Below, piece by piece: positions 35,901 to 46,248 of a DNA stretch of 46,248 nucleotides. The translations under genes and the position numbers were made by a program. Below the pieces are notes generated by a model. The model saw only the letters and a program-made list of their open reading frames with translations. It did not search any database and had not been told where the DNA came from. Source of the stretch: Vitrella brassicaformis CCMP3155 (taxonomy: Eukaryota > Protista > Chromerida); assembly GCA_001179505.1 (NCBI GenBank), contig CDMY01000594.1, positions 1-46,248 on the forward strand, read 5' to 3'. Within the stretch, counting starts at the first letter, position 1. Every line of letters starts with the position of its first letter.

Positions 35901-38245
35901 TGGGGTGTGCCGCACGCAGTNNNNNNNNNNNNNNNNNNNNNNNNNNNNNNNNNNNNNNNNNNNNNNNNNNNNNNNNNNNNNNNNNNNNNNNNNNNNNNNN
36001 NNNNNNNNNNNNNNNNNNNNNNNNNNNNNNNNNNNNNNNNNNNNNNNNNNNNNNNNNNNNNNNNNNNNNNNNNNNNNNNNNNNNNNNNNNNNNNNNNNNN
36101 NNNNNNNNNNNNNNNNNNNNNNNNNNNNNNNNNNNNNNNNNNNNNNNNNNNNNNNNNNNNNNNNNNNNNNNNNNNNNNNNNNNNNNNNNNNNNNNNNNNN
36201 NNNNNNNNNNNNNNNNNNNNACGAGGGATGGAGGCAGGCAGGTGTTTTTTGTGTGTGTGTGTGTGTGTGGATGGATGGATGGACGGATGTCGCTGCCGGA
36301 TCGGCTGCTTTACCGTTGGCTGCACGATGGATGGGGCAGCAGGTGAATTGATTGACAGAGGTAGCCGGCTGGTTGGCTTAATCGTCGGTGTTGTGCGTGT
36401 GCGTGTGCACATGAGCGTGTGCATGTGTGCTGCGTGTGTGAAGGGACTTCCTCGTGTGGCCGGGTGTGTGTACGTTGTGCGTATGGCTGATGGATGCGTT
36501 CGCGAATATTTGGACGGATTCATGGCGTGTGTATACCTGCATGCAATGTTTTTTCTTAATGTGTTGCATGCATCGATTGCCCGCGCATACATTCTGCACT
36601 CAATCTGGCCGCAGCGCAGTACTCAATCTGGGCGTGTGTGAGCTTCATTCGTTAGGTCGGTCTGTGCGCAGACAGTCTGCTCACATGCACACGAACGACT
36701 TGGCCAACCAGAAATTGATGGAACAGACGAAAGGCAGACAGACAGGCAGACAGGAAGCGTCGCTCCGCATGGGTCAAAAGACACGGACAAGCAGATACGG
36801 AACACACACATCCACACACCATACATGCGATGGAGATCGGTGTCTCATGCAGGCAGCGCACAGACATCAAGCAATGGATCCATGGACACACGGATGGATA
36901 GATGGACCGCCCGTCCGACTGCCCTTCTCCCATCCTCCCCTGCCCCTTATGTGTGTGATGTGTGTGTGAGAGAGACACTCACTTGTCCCCCTCCCCCTCG
37001 CCGCCCTTCTCATGCTTGCCGGCTGTGCCATTGCTCACTGGCAGTGCGGCGAAGCACGCCTCCAGCCCCACCACCACGATGCCGTCTTTGAATGACAACA
37101 CACACTCCCCCTTGCACCGACACACGTGCTTCTCGCCGCCATCGAGGACTTGGTCTGGTGCAGGTGGCCTACTATGGCCACCAGCCAGCAGATACACGTA
37201 TACGTACGGCGTCTTGACCAACTCAGAACTGCATTGACAACATGCAGAGAGAGACATATACACACATTCGCGACCACACGCTCCTCTGTTCGCCTACTCG
37301 CACGCCACTCCGTCCCGCAGCCTCGTGTTTGTGTCTTCGAATCGTCCGTCGGTGGTGGCGATGGGGAGGGGAGCGTACACTGCCATAATGAGGGAATGAA
37401 TGAATTTCTGTATGTATGGTGGTGCGTCAGCGCCACGGGAGAAAGAAAGACACGTTGAAAGTTCAGTGCAGCTGTGACACTGTCTGTCGACAGACCATAA
37501 CGAATGCATGAGTCGAGGGAGGCCGACAGTCCGGCGACCTCCTCAATTAGTGCAGTGAAGAGACTCAGTCAGTAGAATAGACGTACGACATTGTTGGTCT
37601 GTGTGGAAGGGAAAACTTGTTGAGCGTTTTGCATTCCATCTAGTCGTCCAAGCTCCAAGTCCTGTAGTTTCTGCTCTCGTGCCATCCTGTTCTTCGTTGT
37701 TGTCACTGCGAGTTCCGGTGCCGGCAGTATTTGGGGCACTGTGGGTTGGCCGGGTGTTTGTAACTGGTGGTCGCCAGGGGGTAGCCATTCCCTGCACAGA
37801 GAAAGAGATAGAGAGAGACAGAACGGCAAACGAGCCATCACACACACGAGTGAGTCATTCATTGTGCGATAATCGTTAGCACACCAGAACCATAGGTAGA
37901 TGCGGAGAAGGAAACAAAAGCCGGATGTCATAGAGGGCTGAGAGGCCGAAATCGGAGATCTTCAGGCTGCCCTTGTCGTCGGTCAGCAGATTCTCACACT
38001 TGAGGTCTCTGCAGACAAGCAACACAACACGGTCGTACAGTGAGATTGTGTCAGCAGTTGAGTTAGTTGGTGGTGCACTGCACCACACCAAGCTACCGTA
38101 CCTGTGGCAGATGCCCTGTTGGTGGCAGTAGGCGAGACCGTACATGAGCTGGTGGAAGAACCGCCGCGCCTCCACCTCAGACAAGTGGGGGTGCGGCTGC
38201 CGGTTCTCGCTGTCCATCAGACGCTCCAGCAAATCACCATCTAAT

Positions 38246-38281
<36 letters not shown>

Positions 38282-40750
38282 AGATGTAGATCCACACGAG
38301 CCCACAGATCAAGTCTCGTGACGGCCATCGACCATGACTCGATGACAAGGAGGATCTTGGTCCGGCTCTGAAGCACTGCAACAATATGANNNNNNNNNNN
38401 NNNNNNNNNNNNNNNNNNNNNNNNNNNNNNNNNNNNNNNNNNNNNNNNNNNNNNNNNNNNNNNNNNNNNNNNNNNNNNNNNNNNNNNNNNNNNNNNNNNN
38501 NNNNNNNNNNNNNNNNNNNNNNNNNNNNNNNNNNNNNNNNNNNNNNNNNNNNNNNNNNNNNNNNNNNNNNNNNNNNNNNNNNNNNNNNNNNNNNNNNNNN
38601 NNNNNNNNNNNNNNNNNNNNNNNNNNNNNNNNNNNNNNNNNNNNNNNNNNNNNNNNNNNNNNNNNNNNNNNNNNNNNNNNNNNNNNNNNGTGGATGGGAT
38701 GGGCGGCATGGGAACGTATGTCTGTGTGTCGTGTCGATGAGTGAGTACCTTCCTTACCTTCGTGTGTGTCAGTGGGTAGGTCTTTGTTGAACCATTCGTG
38801 TTGGCAAATGGTCTCGATGGTGCCCCTCTTGCGCGGGTCCTGCACGAAGATCTGACCCAGCAAACTCTGAACCAAGCAAGGAAGGAATGGACGATGGACG
38901 AGCAAAACAGAGGGAGGGAGGCATGGAATGGCACACAAAATATATCCTCTGCGTGTGTGTGTGTGTGTGTGTGTGCCCTGCCGACCCGCAGCTGAGAGCT
39001 GAAGTGATCCGGGCACTTGTAGGACGCACTGCACCGACACCAAAGCGACCGAGAAGGAAGCATTAGCAGCTCAGCTTCTTCTCCACCGCATTGCATTTAT
39101 TGTGTGTGCGTACGTGGAGATGTTTCTGAAGAGGTCAGCGACGGTGTCGGCGTCGAAGGGGAAGTTGCCGGCGACCAGCGTGAAGAGGATCACACCCGCC
39201 GCCCACACATCTGCCGGCCGACCGTCCCACGGCTTGCCACCAGACAACACCTGCCAGCACATACCAACCCATTCCCCTTGTGTTGTGTGTGTGTATATGT
39301 GTGTGCGTGTGTGCTGGCAGACCTCAGGGGCAAGGTAGTGGGGTGTGCCGCACGCAGTGAACATCATGAACGACTGCAGCATCTCGCTGGCCTGCTGCGC
39401 CTGGCCGCCCAGGTAGCCCCCCTCCATCGTCGCCACATCTCCGCCCTCCAGCCCCCCGCCCATGAGGCTGCCACCGACCTCTCTGTGACCTCCACCACTC
39501 GGGCTCGGCACCGTCATGTGGCTGTCGAGATCGGTCTCGGTGGGACCACCCATCCCCATCGCCACATCCTCGTGCAGCGGCGGAGGTACTCCTCGCGACC
39601 CCCTTCGGGTGTCCCCGGCCACCTGCTGCTGCTGCTGTGGCTGCTGCTGCTTGGCCGATGTGTCTTCGCTGCTCTGCGAGTGGAGGTATGTGCTGGATGT
39701 CTTGGGTGATGGCGGGGAGGGGGAGGGGAGTTGGTCGGCGGTGCGGTCGCCGGGTCGGTCGTAGAGGGCTGAGAGGCCGAAGTCGGAGATCTTCAGGCTG
39801 CCCTTGTCGTCGGTCAGCAGATTCTCACACTTGAGGTCTCTGCAGACAAGCAACACAACACGGGCGTACAGTGAGATTGTGTCAGCAGTTGAGTTAGTTG
39901 GTGGTGCACTGCACCACACCAAGCTACCGTACCTGTGGCAGATGCCCTGTTGGTGGCAGTAGGCGAGACCGTACATGAGCTGGTGGAAGAACCGCCGCGC
40001 CTCCACCTCAGACAAGTGGGGGTGCGGCTGCCGGTTCTCGCTGTCCATCAGACGCTCCAGCAAATCGCCACCTTACCCACACACACACATTCACACACAC
40101 ACACACACACGGATATACCATGAGCACACAGATAAAGTGTCGTGACGGCCATCGACCATGGAAGCACATACCCATCATGTATTCGATGACGAGGAAGATC
40201 TTGGTCCGGCTCTGAAGCACTGCAACAACATGACATCACACACACGTCGATTGACCGATCCAAAGCCAGGCGGCAATGGAGGTTGCCATCCATCCATCCA
40301 TCCATCCATCCATCCATCCAAGACACATACATACGTACGCACCTTCGTTGAGCCTGACGACGTTCGGGTGCCGAATTTTCTTCATGATGGATATCTCCCG
40401 CTTGAGCTGCTCGGCCATGGCGGGGTCGGCTATCTTGACGCGGTCGATGATCTTGACGGCCACCGGCTCCTTGGTGTCCACATTCACCGCATACCGAACC
40501 GTCGCGTAGGTGCCCTCGCCCAGCACCTGAACCGCAACACATCAACACAATCACAGAGAGCGAGGCAATTTCCCATTCGAAATCAAGGCAGCTTGTGCAG
40601 TGCATGGTGTGCGTCCACTGGCCATGCCCAAGCACTATTACACAGCCCGATTAGCCCCTTTGTCGTGTGGTTGGCCCCGTCCTGTGCCACTTTCTCTACA
40701 TATGTGTGTGTTCTTACATTGCCGAGCTCGTACTTGCCGACGCGCTTCAT
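32903..40750 (-). CDS. CIPK/SnRK3-like Ser/Thr protein kinase (CAMK group), assembly-interrupted
   Basis: Start MKRVGKYELGN at 40750. Kinase motifs LGEGTYATV, VAVKII, LKREISIMKKIRHPNVV, HRDLKCENLL, ISDFGLSAL, CGTPHYLAPE and ADVWAAGVIL. C-terminal VSAFELIN (exon 34739-34665), FTTSESPQKIVE and YLVEFYHTKGDHWEFYQ resemble the NAF and KA1-like regions of CIPKs. The last two exons (to the stop at 32903) are less certain. A single gene is obtained by merging the identical segments 38690-39358 and 35252-35920. Confidence 0.8.
35252..35920. repeat. 669-bp segment apparently identical to 38690-39358
   Basis: Both copies run from GTGGATGGGATGGGCGGCATG to GTGTGCCGCACGCAGT, and each abuts an N gap. No difference seen by eye. 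Confidence 0.9.
35921..36220. other. Assembly gap (300 N)
   Basis: Run of N. Confidence 1.
37928..38389 (-). pseudogene. Diverged, truncated copy of three kinase exons (paralogous to 39759-40233)
   Basis: Encodes VLQSRTKILLVIE, DLLERLMDSENRQ...GICHR and DLKCENLL...DFGLSALYD. The YMMG codons and splice donor are deleted (ATCGAGTCATGG versus ATCGAATACATGATGGGTATGTGCTTCCATGG). It carries substitutions and runs into unrelated sequence with a stop at 37876. Confidence 0.7.
38390..38689. other. Assembly gap (300 N)
   Basis: Run of N. Confidence 1.
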
Positions 40751-41041
40751 CGGCACTTGTCAATGGCCGCTCGGCCACCTGCGGTCAGGTCTGCTTGTGG
40801 AACAAGAACCTCGTTGCTGATGGCGTCCCCAAAGCGTCAGTCGCTCAATCTTCTGATGAAAACCACATTCCTATGTACTCCTCGTGCTGCTCTTCAGACA
40901 GCGGAAGCCGCCAAATTCTGCTGGAAACAACTGCGAGCTGCCATCTGCGAGCTTAGCTCACGAAGCGTGAAAAGGGAGGGAACCGGAGTCCAGAAGCGGC
41001 TCACTGATACGGATCCTTGCTGGTTTGGCCTGGCCGGCGGG
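40751..41041. promoter_or_regulatory. Putative bidirectional promoter between the kinase and eIF2A
   Basis: Divergent ATGs separated by 291 bp. Two CTGCGAGCT copies, with the 8-mer at 40932 and 40946. Confidence 0.55.
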
Positions 41042-41761
41042 ATGGCTGCCGAGGGTCGAATGCGGTATCACACACTGACTAAGGATGGGCTGAGTGTGTT
41101 CGACTCCCCGTCTGCCAATGAGCCTGCAAAGCGATGGGACGGGGTGGGCACAGCAGTGTGGAGCAAAGATGGGACCAAGGTGAGGCGAGTCTGGTGAGAT
41201 CCAGGCGACGCAAGGTAGTGCTCACGGCTGTGCGTGTCTGTGTGTGCATGTCAGCTGGCGATATCGACGAAGGCTCATCCCAGCTGTGTGGAGCTGATTG
41301 ATGGCGACACACTGGCCACCAGCCAGATCCTCGACGGAGGTAGGTGACAGAATGAGCACTCATGAACATGGCACGGGCGCGACACACCTGTGCACACATC
41401 TGTCGTGTCTGTCTGTCTGTCTGTCTGTCTGGCACACACAGGTTCGCCGGTCCGTCAGTTTTCGTTTTCACCGCTGGCAACATACCTGGTTGGTAGCTTA
41501 ATTAGCTTCCACCATCAATACACAGCAATTTATGCGTCTTGATGAAGATGAGAATGTTGTGTGTGTGTGTGGTTGTTTGTTGTGTCGTTTGCTGTCTGCA
41601 GATCTCGTTGCATAAGTACGATGCCGACCAGAACAAGGACAACTTCATCATTTGGGACGTCGCCAAGGGGGAGGCCGTGAGGAGAAGAGAACCACAGACA
41701 GCAATTGCAATAGCGGAACGACGACACAGCAGCATGGCATGCGCGTGTCTGTCTGGTTCTT

Positions 41762-41792
<31 letters not shown>

Positions 41793-44319
41793 CAGGTGTG
41801 CCGTTTTCCACTCAAGAGTCTCGGCAAGGCGGGCTGGCCGCCCGTCAAGTGGACACCAAAGGAGAAATACGCCGCCAGAATGGTCTGGTCAACCAAGTAG
41901 ACAGACATAATGGATGGATTCTTTGCGGCGCACGCGCGTGTGGAGACTCGATGTAAACATCTGCTGCTGGCCTTGTCTTGTTTGTGCAGGTGTCCAACGA
42001 GGTGCAGGTTTTTGACGGTCAGAATGTGTCCCTGAGTGACGCCATCGGCAAAATATACCTCACCAACGTGGCCTACTTCGAGCCGGCACCTGAGGTATAG
42101 CCAAAGCCACACACACGTTTCGGAGTTTCGCATTCCGACCATCTCTCTCTCTGTCTGTGTGTGTGTGAGTGTGCAGGAGGGCAACGCCATAGCTCTGTTC
42201 GTGCCTGAGATGAAGGGCGCGCCCGCGTCAGCCAGGGTTTACTCGTTCAACGACCTACAGGTCGGCACGGGAGCAACAGCAACACGGGAGCAGCTATGAA
42301 TATGCTGTGTGTGTGTGTTTGTGTGTGTGTTTGTTTCCACGTAGGCCCCGGTGTGCAGCAAGAGTTTCTTCCAGGCGCAGGAGGTGAAGATCAAGTGGAA
42401 TTTCAACGGGTCGGCCATGCTCCTCCTCACGCAGACAGACGTAGACGCCACAGGACAGTCCTACTATGGCAGCACCAACCTGCACTTCATGCGGGTACCA
42501 ACCGAAGGGGAATGTGTGCATCCGCAGTGTTCTCATCTCCTTATCCCTGGACGGTATGGGTGTGTGCGTGTGTGTGTGTCTGTGTGTGTGGTCAGAGTGA
42601 CGGTTCGAGCGACTGTTTGTTGGTTGGGGGCGACAAGGGCCCCGTGCACGACGTCGCCTGGAGCCCCACAGCCAACGAATTCCTCATCTGCTCGGGGCTC
42701 ATGCCCGCCGAGGTACCAACACACACACACACATACACAGCCCACCACAAACAGCCACACGGCGTACTGTTGATGTATGTATCAGCTGTCACTGCACGAC
42801 GGCAAGAAGGGCGACAAGAAGCTGTCGTTCGGCAAGTCGCGCAAGAACACCATCAGGTGGAACCCCTTCGGAAGACTCGTCGCCTTCGGAGGATTCGGGA
42901 ACCTCGCAGGTGTGTACGTCACGGCCGAACGAACACTTGACGGCCGGCAGAGAGAGCAGGATTCGCTGACTCATCCATATCATACGGTTGGGGTGGGGGT
43001 GGTGCAGGTGATTTGGAGTTTTGGGATATGAACAAGAAGAAGGCCATCGGCAGCTGCAAGGCCGCCTGCACCGTCGAGTGCGACTGGGCACCTGACGGAA
43101 GACACTTCATCACCAGTCAGTCTAAACCCGACCCACGCGCACACAAAGAAAGGCACCGGCCGCTCATCTGTCTGTCTGTCTGTCTGTCTGTGTGGCTGTC
43201 TGGCTGTGTGCCCGCCTGTGTGTGTGCAGGCATCACGACCCCCCGTCTGCGTGTGGACAACGGCATCACGGTCTACTACTACGACGCGTCAGTGGTGTCC
43301 AAAGCGGCCTACAACGAGCTCTACTTCGCAGAGTGGCAGCCGGCACAACCAGGCGCATTCAAAGACAGACCCGTCACACCAGGTAGGTCTGCCCTCGCCG
43401 GTCAGCACATGCATCACATCACCCTCCTTGCTTGGTCTCGATGTGCAGCTCGCATTCGTGCGGCCGCCGCGTCAGCCGAGGATGGCTCTTTGTCGGGTAG
43501 TGGTGGTGGTGACAAGAATGGCACCTTCAAACCTGCAGGCGCATACAGACCGCCAGGCTCTACAGGTAGGTGCACCGCTCCCAGCCAACCACCCCACCCA
43601 CCACCCACGCAACCGCCCATTAATTAACCCTTCTTCTCCGCCTCTCGTCTATGGATGGTGCAGGTGCGTTGGCGGCGTTGATGCGAGCCGAGCGTGAGGC
43701 CGACCAGCAGCTGAGTGCCAAGCCAGTGAGCGTCCGCGACCCCAACCTGCCACCGGGAGCAGGCACCGACCCCGCCAAGTCCAAGGCGGCACTCAAGAAC
43801 GCCAAGAGGAAGAAGGCCAGGGAAGCCAAGAAGGCGGCGGCGGAGCCACATGATGATGCCGAGGACGATGAAAAGGAGGGTGGCCCTAGTCCTGGCCCGG
43901 CTGATGACCTCCAGGATGGAGCCAGGGCAAATGGCGGTGTTGCCGCGTCCTTCGCATCGGCATCCGCCACTTCGGCGTCGGCAGCTGCTGAGGGTGCGTC
44001 ATCGAGTTCGGCACCACAGCAGCCCCAGCCTGACGAGGGAGAGAAGAAGGAGCAGCTGAGTGAGGCCGACAAGAAAGTTCGAGGCCTCAGGAAGAAACTC
44101 AGGGAGATCGAGCGGCTCAAGGTGGGTGGGCTGGCGGGCACAAGGGAACAGAAAGCTAGCTTGGCCTACACACCTTAAGGTGTCCGTCTGCGTGTGTGTG
44201 TGGATGTTTGCTGTGTTGTTTGTCAGGAGATGTCTGCTGATTCGTTGAGTGAGGCGCAACGGTCCAAGGTGGCGTGCGAGGCGGACATCCTCGAGCAAAT
44301 CAAGGCGATAGAAGGATAG
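41042..44319 (+). CDS. EIF2A: Eukaryotic translation initiation factor 2A, multi-exon
   Basis: Motifs IALFVPEMKGAPAS, KSFFQAQEVKIKWN, TDVDATGQSYYG, GPVHDVAWSP, RKNTIRWNPFGRLVAFGGFGNLAG, TTPRLRVDNG, YRPPG and DKKVRGLRKKLREIERLK. Stop TAG at 44317-44319. Confidence 0.95.
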
Positions 44320-45122
44320 ACAGCCAAGCCCGCTTCGCTTACCGGGTCGCTTATAACTTCGTTTGTGTGCTGCGAGTGAGTGACATACAATCTCTCTGTG
44401 GTGCGAGAGTGGACTGTACGGGTCTGTCTGTGTGGGGTGGGGATGGCGGCCGCTGAAAGTAACACTTTTACACAACGCTTCCTTCCGCAAGCGCATGATT
44501 CGATTCCATGAAGCCATGCAATGCATGCATTTCATAGTAATACATTGAATGGAGGGCGATGTCAGTCAGCTTGATAGCCGTAGACAGACAGACAGACAGA
44601 CACAGTCGGTCAGTCAGTCAGTCACCGCCCGCCAACTAAATGCAATCAATGCAGCCAGTCATCTCTGTCCGTCGACATGCACGTCTACGGCCACGCGTTG
44701 TCGTATTGGTTGGCATCTTCCTCCGCCACCCTACCTAGAGAAACGCGTCAGCCCCTTTACCGACTCCCTTGTGTTGTCTGCTATACCAGGCGTATGTACT
44801 CCCTTGTGTTGTCTGGCACCGTTGGCTCATTCCGCTTCCACTTTGCGGCCAGACTCCCCCCACCGCAAGGGACCCGGCAGGTCTTCCTGCGAGCAACCCG
44901 GGATGGGAGGAGGGGGACAGACAACGCGAAAGCAGAAGGAACCAAGCATGTGACTCATCCCCTCACTCAATCGACGGTCGCCGGCACAGAAAAGCCACCC
45001 AACCCACAGCCTGCCTGCCCCCCGCTAACCTCTTCACACACATACAAACGCAGCGTACCGACCCCTTAGCTTAAACCTCAACCCATCCTTCCCTTCCCCC
45101 CACTCTACGTATATGTGGATGC

Positions 45123-45761
45123 TCATACGCTGGGTGTCCTCCGTGTGAACATCTCCACCCCCCGCCCGTCAGCTCCGCTCCCATGCTCGGCGCGATACTC
45201 CCTGAAGAGGACATAGCCGTAGACAAGGGCGCCGACGATAGAGAGGGCGAAGACCACCCAGAAGAGCGTGTGCGTGCGGTCGATGAGGTACGCGAACAGC
45301 CACACCAACGCCACGATGCCCAGCACTATCAGAGTCCGCTTCCAATTCTGACACACACACACACACACACCAAGAAGAGACTGTGGTTGCGAGTTCCTGC
45401 ATGCCTCCTCTCTGTGCCGCATCACCACGGCTCCCTCACCTGCCAGAGCATGTGCCTCTCGAGTTGCCGGCTGCGTGAGCTGAACTCGGTGGATGTCTGG
45501 GTGAGATCGTCGCTCTTCTCGAGCAGCTGCTCCACCGCCTCGCCACGCTCCGTCATCTTGACGATGTTCTGGCGCATCACGTCCACCGTGGCATCTGCAT
45601 AACTCACCCCATGCACCACATGACATGGACAAACAGGGATGGCCGCCTGCGTCTGGTGTTTCGTTCGTTTGATCCTCTCCCTGCCTACCTATTTGGCGCT
45701 GCACCGTGCCCATGGCCGACTCGCCGGCCTGCGGGGGAGGCGCTGTGGGCGGCGACGTCAT
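45123..45761 (-). CDS. Short synaptobrevin/VAMP-like R-SNARE, 150 aa, 3 exons, two predicted TM helices
   Basis: Exons 45761-45689, 45594-45440 and 45347-45123 are in frame. SNARE motif VQRQIDATVDVMRQNIVKMTERGEAVEQLLEKSDDLTQTSTEFSSRSRQLERHMLWQNWK has the zero-layer Arg (ERGE). Confidence 0.88.
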   Translation of the reverse strand: MTSPPTAPPPQAGESAMGTVQRQIGRQGEDQTNETPDAGGHPCLSMSCGAWGELCRCHGGRDAPEHRQDDGAWRGGGAAAREERRSHPDIHRVQLTQPATREAHALAGEGAVVMRHREEACRNSQPQSLLGVCVCVCQNWKRTLIVLGIVALVWLFAYLIDRTHTLFWVVFALSIVGALVYGYVLFREYRAEHGSGADGRGVEMFTRRTPSV

Positions 45762-46248
45762 CTCGGTCACAGATCGATGCTGCAGGTTCAATCAATGGAT
45801 GCAGCGGCTCGTATTAATTGCGACACAGACTCAAGATCGAGTGCTACGGTTGGTTTCCCTTCCCCTGCGTTCCCTTCCCTTCTTCCATCTCTGTGGGGAG
45901 CGCGAGCAGTTTCACGGGTCTTTGCAAGCTCGCATTCTTTGTAAGAATAGGTGGGAGAGAGTCGGGGAGAATGGTGAAGAGAGGATCTGCCGGGCGGTCA
46001 GTCCCGGATAAAGGATTAAGTCAATGCAACGTAAGGTCTGTGGATTTTGTGGAGAGTCCACGTAGGACATGTAGTATGCGTCAGTCCATCCTGTCTGACG
46101 TCCTGTCCGCCATGGCCTGTCTCATGGAACGGACAAAGACTCAACAGCCGTCCTGTCTCACAGATCAGTGGACCGTCGGTCTATGAACCCTAGACCCTAA
46201 ACCCTGGACCGACTTGCACTTCTGACACCCCCTCTCAAGTCGGTGCAG

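Noticed and set aside
35633-39096. ORFs spanning the N runs (35633-36592, 35666-36346, 37876-39096, 38309-39043)
   Set aside because: Artefacts of translating through assembly gaps.
44400-45120. Short ORFs between eIF2A and the R-SNARE
   Set aside because: Microsatellite-rich region of convergent 3' UTRs with no protein-like features.
4919-45761. Functional cluster of membrane-trafficking genes (VPS8, TAPT1, R-SNARE)
   Set aside because: The genes are far apart and interleaved with unrelated ones, which is compatible with chance in a eukaryotic genome.

Overview
GC-rich, intron-rich eukaryotic DNA with short introns full of (CA)n, (GACA)n and (GGAT)n microsatellites. The gene set and intron style resemble a chromerid alveolate such as Vitrella; this is inference, not a database match. 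Nine spliced protein-coding genes can be assembled by eye: VPS8 (+), a PLAC8-family gene (+), a very large low-complexity IQ/DUF4378-like gene (-), two hypothetical genes (+, one ending in a CaaX box), a BTB/POZ gene (-), TAPT1/EMP65 (+), a CIPK-like Ser/Thr kinase (-) interrupted by two 300-N gaps and internal duplications, and eIF2A (+). A tenth gene is a short R-SNARE with two predicted TM helices (-). The first 4.9 kb has no convincing gene but carries a family of hairpin/inverted-repeat elements. The best second-look items are: the 8-mer TGCGAGCT within about 200 bp of most start codons, including all three divergent promoters; the CIPK with a SAF instead of NAF motif and a roughly 120-aa activation-loop insertion; the two-TM brevin; the MITE-like repeats; and two consecutive GC-AG introns. 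All gene models are manual splice reconstructions and no searches were run. No rRNA, tRNA or CRISPR features were recognised.
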